Assembly (NCBI GenBank): GCA_020891255.1
Contig: BQFW01000010.1
Coordinates: 806,001 to 870,000, forward strand
Direction of reading: 5' to 3'
DNA from: Entomortierella parvispora E1425
Lineage: Eukaryota > Fungi > Mortierellomycota
DNA length: 64,000 bases
The notes below the pieces were generated by a model that saw only the letters and a program-made list of their open reading frames with translations, was not told the DNA's origin and made no database searches. The position numbers were made by a program, and so were the translations under genes. Below, piece after piece: positions 33,743 through 44,644 of this stretch (the stretch's first letter is position 1; each line of letters starts with the position of its first letter).

Positions 33743-36700
33743 TTAATGCTTCTCACTATTCTCCACGATTCGGACATGCGGCTGGCTATCGGAAAAAGGA
33801 GGGGGGGGTGACAGTGTGGAGTATGTTGACGTTTGTTCATCAGATGGGAGTGCTGTTGCCTGTTCAACACGCCCAGTGCTTCCTTGGCTCAAATCTTTTG
33901 AGTGCTGTCTGCCCTTTGGAGACCCTAAATGAATTGACGAAGCGGCTCTAGAAAGGTCAATCTGGGTCGCAGCTGATGCGGTGCTACCTTTTCCAGATTG
34001 AACTACAAGCATGCAGGATACGAGCTCCGAGTTCAGGTAGGATTGAGCTACAACTCCGAGAACATTAGCGACCGTCATGGTCGAGTGGAGAACATCTCGA
34101 GAGGAGGGTTGTGTCCTAAGGGTGTGGCGAGACCGTGGACCCTGGTTGCCTGAATTGTCTCCAAGAGGGTTGTCGATTGGATGAGTTGGCGTGCCGGCAG
34201 CCGATTGAGGATGGAGCTGGTATCCTGTAGAGGTGGCTAAAGCCTGCTGGTGGTTATATTCGTTGGTGTGAATCGAAGCTGCAGAGGAATGACGACCTTT
34301 AGTCCTCATGGTCAAGCCTCGGCCGAGCACCAATAGATCTCGAGATCCCAGCACGCCTTTCGCAAGACCAATGGCATCCTGAATTGAGGGTACCTCTTGA
34401 ACAAAAATGTTGTCTCCAGCCTCGGACCCCAAACTGACTCCATTCTCATCGATTTTGGTTTGGCTGGGGGCCTTCTTGCTCGATCGGCGGTCAACCAAAG
34501 CCCGATGGCCGAAGTAGTTTTGAACTAGTGTCGAATTATCCTCTGGCAGTTGCATCCGAGTCTCATCTTCATCTTCATCATCAGAATCGACAGACTGAGC
34601 ATCCACTTCCACTCGAACCTCGGTTTTTTTGTCAATTTCGGATTCGGGACCTCGGATTCGGACAATGATCAGCTTGCAAAATGGGTCATGGCTGAGGGTC
34701 GAGGCCAGCTTCAAAGCTGCCTCGTCATCCGAGGAACCATAAAGCGTCACCATGATATTCAGAAACAAACCAGATCCTCCAAGCTCTCGATCTACAAACA
34801 CGGCTGTTGTCAAACTAGATCTGGCCGTTGTCTGCAAGAGGCGGCTGATAACCTGGGTGTTTGAAGTGACTTGGGGCTTGGCCAGAGCAGCGGGATGATT
34901 GGGACCAAGAAGCTGTTCATCCAAGGTATGACCATTGCCGCTGCTGTGCAGATCAGGAAGCGATGTTGAGTTCCAGGGGAAGATAATAGTGCCTGTACCA
35001 GATTGGACGGCCTCGTCGTAAATGCTTTGGGCAAAATCATCAGGGTCCGTGGAAAGAGTCATCCTCGGCTCGACTTGGATACTGTTCAATTTAGCAAATG
35101 CCTGGAAGACAACCATCAGAGTATCTCGACGAAGGACCTCGACTCTCTCCGTAGCAGCAAGCAACACAGACGAGCTACGCTCAGTCAAGTGCAAGAGACG
35201 GAGAGCAAGAAGCTTGGGGCCAGTAGGAGTATGAGAAGGGACAAGAGGAATGGGGGCGAATGCTACTGAATGGCCGTGAGCAGAGCCGCCTCCGGAGACG
35301 GACAGAGTTGAATCATTTGAAGCGAGGCTAGAAGGCTTGGGGACAGCTTTATGAAGCATTTCCAAGATTGTCATCAGGGCAGGCAGGTTGTGAATCTAAA
35401 AAAGGGCAAACGAAGACCTGTCAGCGACAGTCTGTTTCATATTGACACGTTTAAGAGAACCGAGTCCTTTACCTTGTCGACACAGAGCATGATGCCGTTG
35501 TTACTCTGCTTTGTGGCATTGATAGCATCCGTTCCATGTCCAGCATCAGCGTACTTCAGCTGGTCCTTGGCGAGGGACCGCAGGGCAGCGGCGCGCTGAT
35601 AGTGGACCGGGTATATCCAACTAACCATTGGAGATGTCATGCAGGTCGTAATAAGACACATGGCCACCATGATAACAAAGACCTTATCGTTGATGACTCC
35701 AGCATCGTATCCAATGTTAAGCACGATAAGCTCGATGAGACCCTTACAGTTCATAAGAATACCAATTGCAAAGGATTCCCGCCACTCCATTCCCTGGAGT
35801 TTAGCAGCAGCTGTACATCCTACAATCTTGCCGAAGCACGCTACAAATGTCGTCAAAATGACTAGACCCCAGATGCGACCGTTGTCCAAGAGACCGACTT
35901 GGGTTTTGAGTCCAGACAGAGCAAAATAGATTGGCAGGAAGATGACACTGACAAGATCCTCAATCCGCTTGGTCACTCCGTCGGCGAAGCCTGTCTCGTT
36001 GGGAATGATAAGGCCCACAAGGAATGCACCAAAGATGGCATGGACGCCAATGATATCGGTGACACAGGCGCTAATCATGACGACAGCCATCGTAAAGGCC
36101 ATCATGGTCTGACTAGGTTCGTCGTGGGATTTTGTGACTCGAATCATGTAAATAAACATAGGTCGGGCAACAAAGACAAGAATCAACGTCCAAGCAATAG
36201 ACAACAGGACGACGTATAAAGGCGTGATCTTGCTTGCACTGTTGATGATGGACACCACCAGCGCCAAGAGAATCCAGGCCACAATGTCGCCGACTGCTCC
36301 AGCGCAGATTGTTAGGAAGCCAACCTTGGTCGTCAACAGCTTTTGCTCCGCCAAAATACGAGCTAGAACAGGGAAGGCGGTGATGGACATGGCAACTCCA
36401 CAAAAGAGTAAGAATTGTCCAAACCCAACCGTACTGTTCGGGCCAAGCTCCTCGTACAAGACGTAACTAACTGCCGCTCCAGCACCGAGTGGAAGGACCA
36501 TGCCTGCAAATGTGATTCCGAGCGCAAATTTTGCACGCTTGACTACTTGAGCTGGGTCAAGCTCCAGTCCGACAAGAAAAAGGAAAAAAACCAGGCCAAG
36601 GTTGGAAACCAAGTTGAGGTACGGTAAACCTGCAGGATTGAAGATGGCATTGGCGAAGCCAGGGATACGACCCATGACTGATGGGCCCAGGAGAATGCCG

Positions 36701-37012
36701 GCAATAACCTCGGAAATGACTCGAGGCTGTTTAAGCCTCTTCAGTCCAAAGTGGAGGATATAGCATAGTCCGACGATGATAACTGCCTGGACCACAGAGA
36801 TTTAAGGACGGCAATGTCAGCAAGCGCCGTGAAAAAAGGGACCTGACAATAGAACGAGTGCTTACCTGGATGACGAATAAGGGAAGCGGGTCAGAGGGAT
36901 TGACCGTGGTCGGGTTGAGGCCAGTGACCACACTACCTAAAAGGGGGGAAAGAGAAAAGGTTGGCACGCTGAACACAATAACGACCTGATCTGACAAGAT
37001 AACAGGCATCAT
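33743..37012 (-). CDS. KHA1: K+/H+ antiporter (CPA2 family, KHA1/CHX-like); 3 exons
   Basis: NPSDPLPLFVIQ, QPRVISEVIAGILLGPS, SITAFPVLARIL, HAIFGAFLVG, FLPIYFALSGLKT, MNCKGLIELIVLNIG. C-terminal cytosolic domain LALRLLHLTERSSS. Confidence 0.93.
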
Positions 37013-37965
37013 AGAGGTGTACCTGGAGCTGCGGACATTTGTATCAATGGCTCTTAATGAAGAGATGGATGGGTTGTCTACTGTGGTGTCGCGGTATCTT
37101 GTAGATACTATCGGGCAGGACAAAAAAAAGGTGTGTTAGGATGTAGGAACGGAGGAGAGAAATGAAAGAAACGAAAGAGAAAAACTACAAATCCCAGGGA
37201 TTTCAGGACCCCCCCCCCCCTGCTCTGCACATGATCTCGTTCTCCACGCCTGCAGCACAACAGACAAGTTACCGACATTGCGGTCAATTTCTCATGCAAC
37301 TCTCTTTGGGGACAGATTTCACAGTGAAAACTAGGGGGAGGTCACTTGGGAGCATTGATCCAAGAGACTTAAAGTGGAAAGACACTGCCGCGCGAAAGAT
37401 AGGGGCTGTGATCGATGGCAACATTGGCAATGACGGTCAAGGGGTTCGTGGTATTATTCAAGTTGTAGAGACCACAGTCCAAGACCTCCTTCTTTCGGTT
37501 GACCTCCTTTGTTCCTGCGTTGTTTTCCATTCAGTTTGTTTGTGCGCATACAGAGAGAACACAAGTCATTGCTTTTTGGCAGGATCCCAACAGACATGGT
37601 GCATCTGCATGTGTCCTTACATGAACGGGTGAGGACAGAGAGAGGGAGAGAAAGGATGCGATGGAATGAAGGGAGAGGATGAAGAATGAGAGAGAGGAGG
37701 AATGAAGGTCGCCAGACTTTTGGACGGGACAGCGTTGGTGAGCCAACCAGGCCTCTCCCTGCACTGTCCGCATGTGCATGGAAGCAGCGAATGGTGGCGC
37801 GCAGAAAGTTTATTGGTCTCTCCTTGCCCCGCGCCTTCTTGGAACAACATGTCTGCTGATACTGTGCGCTTGTGCGACCGATGCTGGTATAGTGGACCGT
37901 ATGCAGCCATGGCGTGCTTTGCATTCTTCTTTTTGCCCTGGTCTTCGTCCTCCTTGGCCACAAGG

Positions 37966-40900
37966 TCACAGGGCCAGCGCTGCAATCACCGCCGCTGCCG
38001 TGATGGTCACCACGCCTCTCCACTCACTCATTATCATTGTCATTGTTATCGTTATAGGCACAGCAACATGTCCCTGGTCCTGAAAATGTGGTTTCTGCTT
38101 GTGTTGTTGCTGATGAAAAAGAAATCCTCGTCGTCTTGGCAAGGACCACGACGCAGAAGACTCGGTATCGTTTATCTCTGGGTGTATGATTCGATCTAAA
38201 TGTTGTAGTTTCCAAGCAATCAAGCTTTGTTCGTTAGTCAAGTTCTTATTTTTTTTTTTTTTTTTTTTGTCCGTCAAGAAAGTTCAGCCGTGGGAACGGT
38301 ACCTCGACAATCTAGATTGCACTGGTACGCCAATGTGGTGCTTGTCTCCACAGACGCATTGGGTGGACAGGCTGTAAATGCATTCGGCTGCACCAGACAA
38401 ACTGTGATCTGGGGTGGAGCGATTGCAATTGGAAACAGACCATCAAAATGGTTGTAGTTCAGAACCATGTACTCTAGGCGCGTCAGGTTTTGGATCTCTA
38501 CCGGCAGTGGTCCCGAAAAGTTGTTGTGGCTCAGTATGAGCCGGGTGATCGATATCATATGGCCGATCTTGGGTGACAACGACCCCGAGAGCTTATTGTC
38601 GGTCAAATCAAGGTTCTTGAGATTCGGCAGCCCAAAGATCGACTCAGGGATCTCGCCTTGGAAATGGTTGTCTCCTAGGTCGCTTTTTTTTAAAAAAAAA
38701 AAGTGGGAGTGAGGTAATCAGTCCTCTGCGCAGTCAGCCGGATGGCCCTAAATAAAGAAATAGCCAGTTTTCATACATTATCACAAGCTGTTTGCAGTAG
38801 CCAAACTCCTTGGGGATGGGGCCAGAGAATTCATTGGCACGGGCGGAGCTGAGGAAACACCAAGATTAGTTGACCCTGTATGCTGCTGCGAGTTGGTGAT
38901 AGACATGTTTCTAGCCTGGCTAGACGAACTTACAACTTGACTAGCCCTGTGAGTCCCCCCACTTCTGGACCAATCTCACCGGTGAAGCCATTTTGGTTAA
39001 TGTTGACCACTCGAAGTTTCCTCAGAGACGCAAACAACCCGTCTGGGATCAATCCATCGAACTCATTGTTTGCAATAGATCTAAAAATACGGTATTAGCC
39101 GCGGTCTCGTGACTACAATCATAACAGAGTATTTCTTACTTACAGCTCTGTCATTTGTTTGAGCTTCAAGATAGAACCTGGAAGAGGACCAGTCAAATAA
39201 TTGTTCTTGAGGACACTATCATTGGAAATGAAGGAATAGTGATCCATTTAGTTCAATCGCTCCCCTACTTGTCAACAGTAACCAAGTATACATTACAGTT
39301 CTTGAATGTTGACCATGTTGTTCACCGCGACAGGAAACGCGCCTGTGATCTTGTTAGAGCTCACATCACTATTGAGAGATGGCTGTTAGGCTGCGATATG
39401 ACGACATTGGAATACTGTCTCAAAGGATACTTACAATCTCTTCAGGCGCGTCAGGTTGCCATATGTCTCTGGAATTTCTCCAGTCAGTTCGTTATTGCTG
39501 ATATCAAGGATCAGCAAATTCACAAGTTCGGTCAGCTCCTCAGGAACAGGACCTGTCAGCCCGTTAAAGCCCAGATGCCTAAGGAGATAATCATGATCCA
39601 TCAAGTTACTGAGGCATGCAGAATGAACACATTCTGTTCAGCAGTAATAGTTTCAATTTCAAACAGCTTACAGCTCAATGATGTACCAGTCATCCATCAA
39701 TGGGCGCTGCCATGTGGTGGGTGGCGGATGGAGAGGATCCTGATATTCGTAGTCTGGGCTTTCTTCCACATCGATCGGTTTTCCAGAAGGTGCTGAAGGA
39801 GAGAGCGGTGGTCGAGAGCCGTAGGCATGTTTCTCATCTTCGTCCTCGTCTGGGTCGGCCAGAGGCTTCCCGCCCTCGTTATTACCGTCATCGGGCAAAT
39901 GTTGATTGTTGGCACCTCCTTTAATCGGAGATTTTGGGTGACCAGGGTTCTTATTTCTACCGTCTTTCCCGTGATGCTGTTGGTTTCGGTCATGGTAGTT
40001 GTAATATGGTGCAGCCCTTTTTTTCCTAGAAAGCGGAGCATACGCCGATCTCTTTCCGAATGCAGGTACAGATGGACTTAGTGGGCCAACGACAAATGGC
40101 CCTGTGTTCTGACCCGGACCACCTGATGTTGAGGGGTTCTGACCTGCAGGATTGGCGCTTTGTCCTGCGGTTAGAGGAGGACTAATGGGATTTCCTACAC
40201 GACTGGCAACAAGATCCTCATCATATGGTGGCCATGGAGGGGGCAAGGTGCCATCAGGTCCGATACAAACAACACCATACCATGCGCAGCAGTTGTTCGG
40301 ATCCATGTCCATCATTGGAGTTGGGGCTGGGCCGATAGAAGGGTCAGATCCTATCGGATAATAATTGTCGTTCAAGTCCGGTCCTGAAGGTCGGGGTCGG
40401 CGATTATCGGTTAAGGGGGGCAATACAGCTGGAGATTCTGGCTTTTGGGGGGACGTTGACGATGGAGATTGTGGTTGCGGAGAAGGAACATGGTCGATAG
40501 AAGGAGCGTCATGATCTGGAGGTCGCCGGTCAGGACCCTCTTCAGCGTCGTGGTCGTTATCCCTATCCCGGATACGTTTACTCTCTCCGAAAGTTCTACG
40601 TGTCGGTGCCATGACCGGCGTCCTCTTCTTCCTGTTGCGCTGATTCTGGGACATGTACGACCGACCCCTATTGCCCTGTCCAGGTATGGATTCGGTAGCG
40701 CTATCCACATACTGCCATCCATCTTGATTGCTCCAGGATATACCGCCAGTGCTGTTGTAGAGTCGTCGCAGTATCTCACAGGATACCTTCAGTGGAACAT
40801 GAACAAGGCCAAGAGCGCTTGCAGCCTTGTTTCTTGTGGTGCGCACCGGGTTTTCCGTCGGACCACTGGTTGCGGGATGTGACCTTGTGGGGCTCTGAGT

Positions 40901-41257
40901 GGAGCTAGGGATATGAGTAGTCTTTCTGGAGGCGCCAGATTTTGGTGGATTTGATGGCACTGGAGCCTTGTGATTGGAGTGATCGAGTGAGCCAGGGGGG
41001 TAAAGTGATGGGATCCTGGACGCCAAAGGTAAGAGGATAGATGACGATTCGCCATGGATTGGTGGCAGAGGTTGATCGTCACTCGGACTGTCGGGAGAGT
41101 CTAGAATAGAGGATGATGGGGGAAGTACAATCGGAGTGGACTCTTCGGCGGCTGCAAAAAATATTGACCGTGATGGATCTTTTGGATGCCAGTGTAAAGT
41201 ATGAAGAAAAAGCAGGATGCCAAGTGTCCTGGTATAACGTCTTTGAAGTGCCACCAT
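37966..41257 (-). CDS. Secreted/anchored plant-type LRR receptor-like protein (~11 LRRs), 8 exons
   Basis: ATG 41257 with a hydrophobic N-terminus; N-cap motifs LYNSTGGISW and NCCAWYGVVC. LRR exons such as HLGFNGLTGPVPEELTELVNLLILDISNNELTGEIPETYGNLTRL. Last exon ends in hydrophobic VVTITAAAVIAALAL* (stop 37966). Confidence 0.85.
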
Positions 41258-42022
41258 TAAAAAACTGAACGCAAAGGTAGAAATGGGAAAATCACTTGGT
41301 ATCGTATTGAAGGCGGAAGGGAAGATGTTTTGCAACGAGAAAAGACTTCGTTCATTTAAAGGCAGTCTTTCGCGTCGGCATTTGTCACGGAAGAATCCAA
41401 AAAGAACGAGTTGTCAAGAACGAGTGCCATAGCCCATCATGATCTCGAGCCGTTCCCTTTGCAGTAATCGTTGCTCCCGTCTAATGCAACCGACAATAAA
41501 ACGCAGGACGGCAGTAGGGCTATTTTTGCACATGATCATCGGCAAAAATTGGCTGAGTTCTCGAGATAGCCCTTGTACGACAAATCTGGTAACCTCCAGA
41601 ATGATCCCAAACAGTTACGAGGAGGAGGGAAAAAAAAAAAAAAAAGGTGGACGTGGACGACGTAAAGGAACATGTTTTATTTTCTCGCCACAGTGCCCGT
41701 CATCTTCTGTAGCGGATAGAGTTTTCGAGAGGGAAGCAAAAAACGAAAAATTGCATCCAAAAAAAGTGGAGGGCATTTTTCAAGTATGAAATCATTTTTT
41801 AATGAGTGTTTAAAGAAATACTTATCGACTCATTGTTGAGACTAGATGAAGTGCACCACAGAAAGTAAAGATGACTTGGTTTGATAGAATACACGATTGG
41901 ATGATGAATTTGTTGCGATGCGATGCGAAGATGCAATATGTTACAGCAGGAGCAAAAGATGAAGGGTATGGGTGATGAGTAAATAGAGAATGAACAATGC
42001 AGAGTGAATGAGCAATTGCAAG

Positions 42023-42802
42023 TTATTCCTGCATATCAGAGCTTTCACTCGACTTTTGAGGTCCAGTTGCTGCGGCAACAGCTGCAGCCATCTTGGCCAA
42101 ATGCTTGGGGTCGTTGAGACGGATCATTTTGATACGTCTGATGGAGTTCAAATCGCCGTCCCACTCACGAAGCAGCTTTACATTCTTTGGACTGGAGAAA
42201 TCAGGCATTTCTGTTGTTCAATAGTAAACGAGAGTTCTGTTAGTTTCCGTTGGATGACCAATTGATAGCCATGAGGATGATGTGTAGTTTTTGCTGTCAG
42301 TGTAGACGCTTAATCTCATTATATAGATTCGAATTGAGCTGGGTTTAAAGTAGCATGAAGCGTAGATCATCATAAAAAACAGTGGTTAATCAAGGAAGGA
42401 GATGACTGTGTCCTTACCAAAGCCAGAGGCATACTCCTGACGTTCGTTCGCGATGAAAAGGGCCAACATATCTTCGCGTGCAGCCTTTGGGCGGACCTTT
42501 CCGGGGCGATGCAAGGCCACCAGAGACTCATACTCCTCGTTGTATCTGGAGAGGTATTCCTCAATCAACTCGTGGTGCTCCTCTCTTGTCAAGGTAGCAA
42601 CCTCATCGGGGACAGCGTGGCGGAACCACATTACACGGTCGACTTGAGAGTGCGATTGGTTGGCGCGGACCTTGTTGCGATGATCAAGACGATCTTTGCG
42701 GAGAACAACTCGCATGACCTGTTGAGCCTTTCTAGACGAAGGATGAATCATGTCCTTGTTCTTGATGGCCTTCATCGTGTGACGCTTGTTGTTGGACACC
42801 AT
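42023..42802 (-). CDS. TMA16: Translation machinery-associated protein 16 (pre-60S factor); 2 exons
   Basis: IHPSSRKAQQVMR, RVMWFRH, LIEEYLSRYNEE...RPGKVRPK, E.QEYASGF|EMPDF...LREWDGD. Intron 42211-42417. Confidence 0.88.
42290..42380 (-). ncRNA. Intronic box C/D snoRNA, snR71/SNORD29-like (predicted LSU Am2946-equivalent guide)
   Basis: Within the TMA16 intron, host orientation: box C ATGATGA (42373-42367), box D CTGA (42300-42297), guide TAAACCCAGCTCA (42347-42335) complementary to the conserved LSU sequence UGAGCUGGGUUUA, and a D'-like TCGA (42332-42329) that places the +5 position on that A. Confidence 0.8.
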
Positions 42803-42934
42803 GGCTGCGGTTTGTAGTTGCGTTAATGAAGAAGTGATGATGCGTCGCAAGGGATGTCAATGCAAAGAGGATGAGAAGAGAGGGAGAAGTATGAAAAAAA
42901 GAAAAAAAGTTGTTTGGCCTGGACGCTAAGCCTC

Positions 42935-42943
42935 ATCACGTGA
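42935..42943. promoter_or_regulatory. ATCACGTGA bHLH (E-box) element in the TMA16/VMA12 divergent promoter
   Basis: 133 and 107 nt from the two ATGs; recurrent motif in this window. Confidence 0.65.
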
Positions 42944-43049
42944 ATGGACTGCGATCTGGCGGTGTCGACTCGCGCGCAGACATAGTCGACCAGAGGTCAG
43001 CCGAAGAGCAACGGTGTCCAGTCTACCCCACACTCTTTCATTCATAGCC

Positions 43050-44054
43050 ATGGACCTTCAATGGACACCACGTCTTGAAAGCACCTTTAGAAGACTTTTA
43101 GACACTACCACAGGCGCCACAGATGCCACAAGTACCACCTTGCAGGAGCAAAGAACACTACGAGATGTAAAGACGCTTCTGGAGTCCTCGCCTGTGTGCG
43201 TTAGCATGGAGCTCATCATGCAGGTTTCGGCCATGCTTCTGAGGAATCGCCGTGAAGAGGGGAATGAAGGTATATAAGGAGCATATAATGATCAGCGGCG
43301 AGTCATATACAGAACAGTGTATACTAATGGTGTGCACATATGTACCAGACTGTAGTGAATATTGGATCCACTCCATGATCAGAGGAAGCTCTGTGTATAT
43401 ACCCAAGCAACCACCAAAGGAGCGGGTAGGTGGTTTTTCGAACACCACTGTGAAGTGAATGGATGTAAATGGATGATATAGAAGGGCCCCGGGCGATCCA
43501 CTCAACTTGTACGCGTTCTCTTCCTTTTCACATTCAGAGTCCTGAACTGGAGCGCATCATGGACAGAATCAAAGCCGAAGTAGCAGAGAAAGAGTACCAA
43601 CGAATGGTGTCCAGTATCAATGGTAATGCAGGTGGACCAGTGTCCATAGGAAGTAGCTTAAAGCAGGACATGAAGGAGATGCAGGAAGTGAAAGCCCACC
43701 TCACTGGCATCATCAACGTGCTCTACACAGGCGGTGCCGTCTTTATGGCAGTGTTCATGCTCTCCGCACATTTCACGGAGGATCTCGGCATGGTAAGATT
43801 GGATGGGCCCCATATCCCCCAGGCTTATGTTGTGAGGCATTCTCTAACAACATCTATCACTCTGGCACCTGTCCTACCAGCGTGTCCTTTTAGCGTTCCT
43901 TGCATTTGTGTTAATCGTCGCCTGCGAAGCATATCTTTACACGCGGCATGCTGCGATTGCATCCGAGAACCCGATGGCAAAGAAGACGAAATATGTGCCT
44001 GGCGATGTTGTAGTCGCCACAAAAACACTTCCCACAAAAGAGAAGGCACCGTAG
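43050..44054 (+). CDS. VMA12: V-ATPase assembly factor Vma12/TMEM199-like; 4 exons
   Basis: RGSSVYIPKQPPKER|SPELERIMDRIKAEVAEKEYQRM, two C-terminal TM helices (IINVLYTGGAVF; RVLLAFLAFVLIVACEAYLY), and a C-terminal KEKAP* di-basic-like end. Confidence 0.8.
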
Positions 44055-44644
44055 TTTGGATTAGCACTCAAGCACCCCCTGTAAATTTAAAATGGGCGCA
44101 ATTGCATGCTCGCCACCACACCAATGAAATCTGGAAATATTGAAAAATGCGATTAAATTCTTCTTTGGTACCGGCGCAGAAGTAGCATCGCGGCTCGGGC
44201 TACGAAGAGTTGTGCCTACTTCTTGGAGCAGTCAAGGTCCGCCTCTGTCAGTATCATCGGTGAACCTTGCAGAACTATTGGCTGCGTGAAACCAGTCATG
44301 TCGTATCCTACATGCCGTTAGCAATATCCTCTGCTATAGCAGTGGCTCTCCGTTTTTACCTTCCAGCTGTTGTCCCAGTCGTCCAAGAAAGGATCGCCCC
44401 AGGACTGGGCCGAAGTGGTGCTGGGTATAAAACAACCAACATTTTTGATGATCTTGATTTTTAATTTTGCGATCGAATAAAATACTGTGATTCATTGAGA
44501 TCTTAAGAAAGGTGGCCCCCCTCACTAAAGAGGCGACATCAGCACGTCGCACTCTCGACTCGCCCAACCCAGAAGACCAGACCCATTAACTATCAAGCAG
44601 CTGTCGACAGAGATTCGTCTGCGCTTGCCATCCATCCCTGCGAC

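Noticed and set aside
39415-39435. GTATCCTTT and ATATCCTT strings resembling U12 5' splice sites (also ~51180 and ~59415)
   Set aside because: Each lies inside a canonical U2 intron or in coding sequence; frames are satisfied by GT-AG U2 junctions.
44180-44450. Possible SRP, RNase P/MRP or snRNA gene (hairpins, T-run)
   Set aside because: None of the diagnostic motifs (SRP helix 8, P4 CR-I/CR-V, U-snRNA cores) is present.
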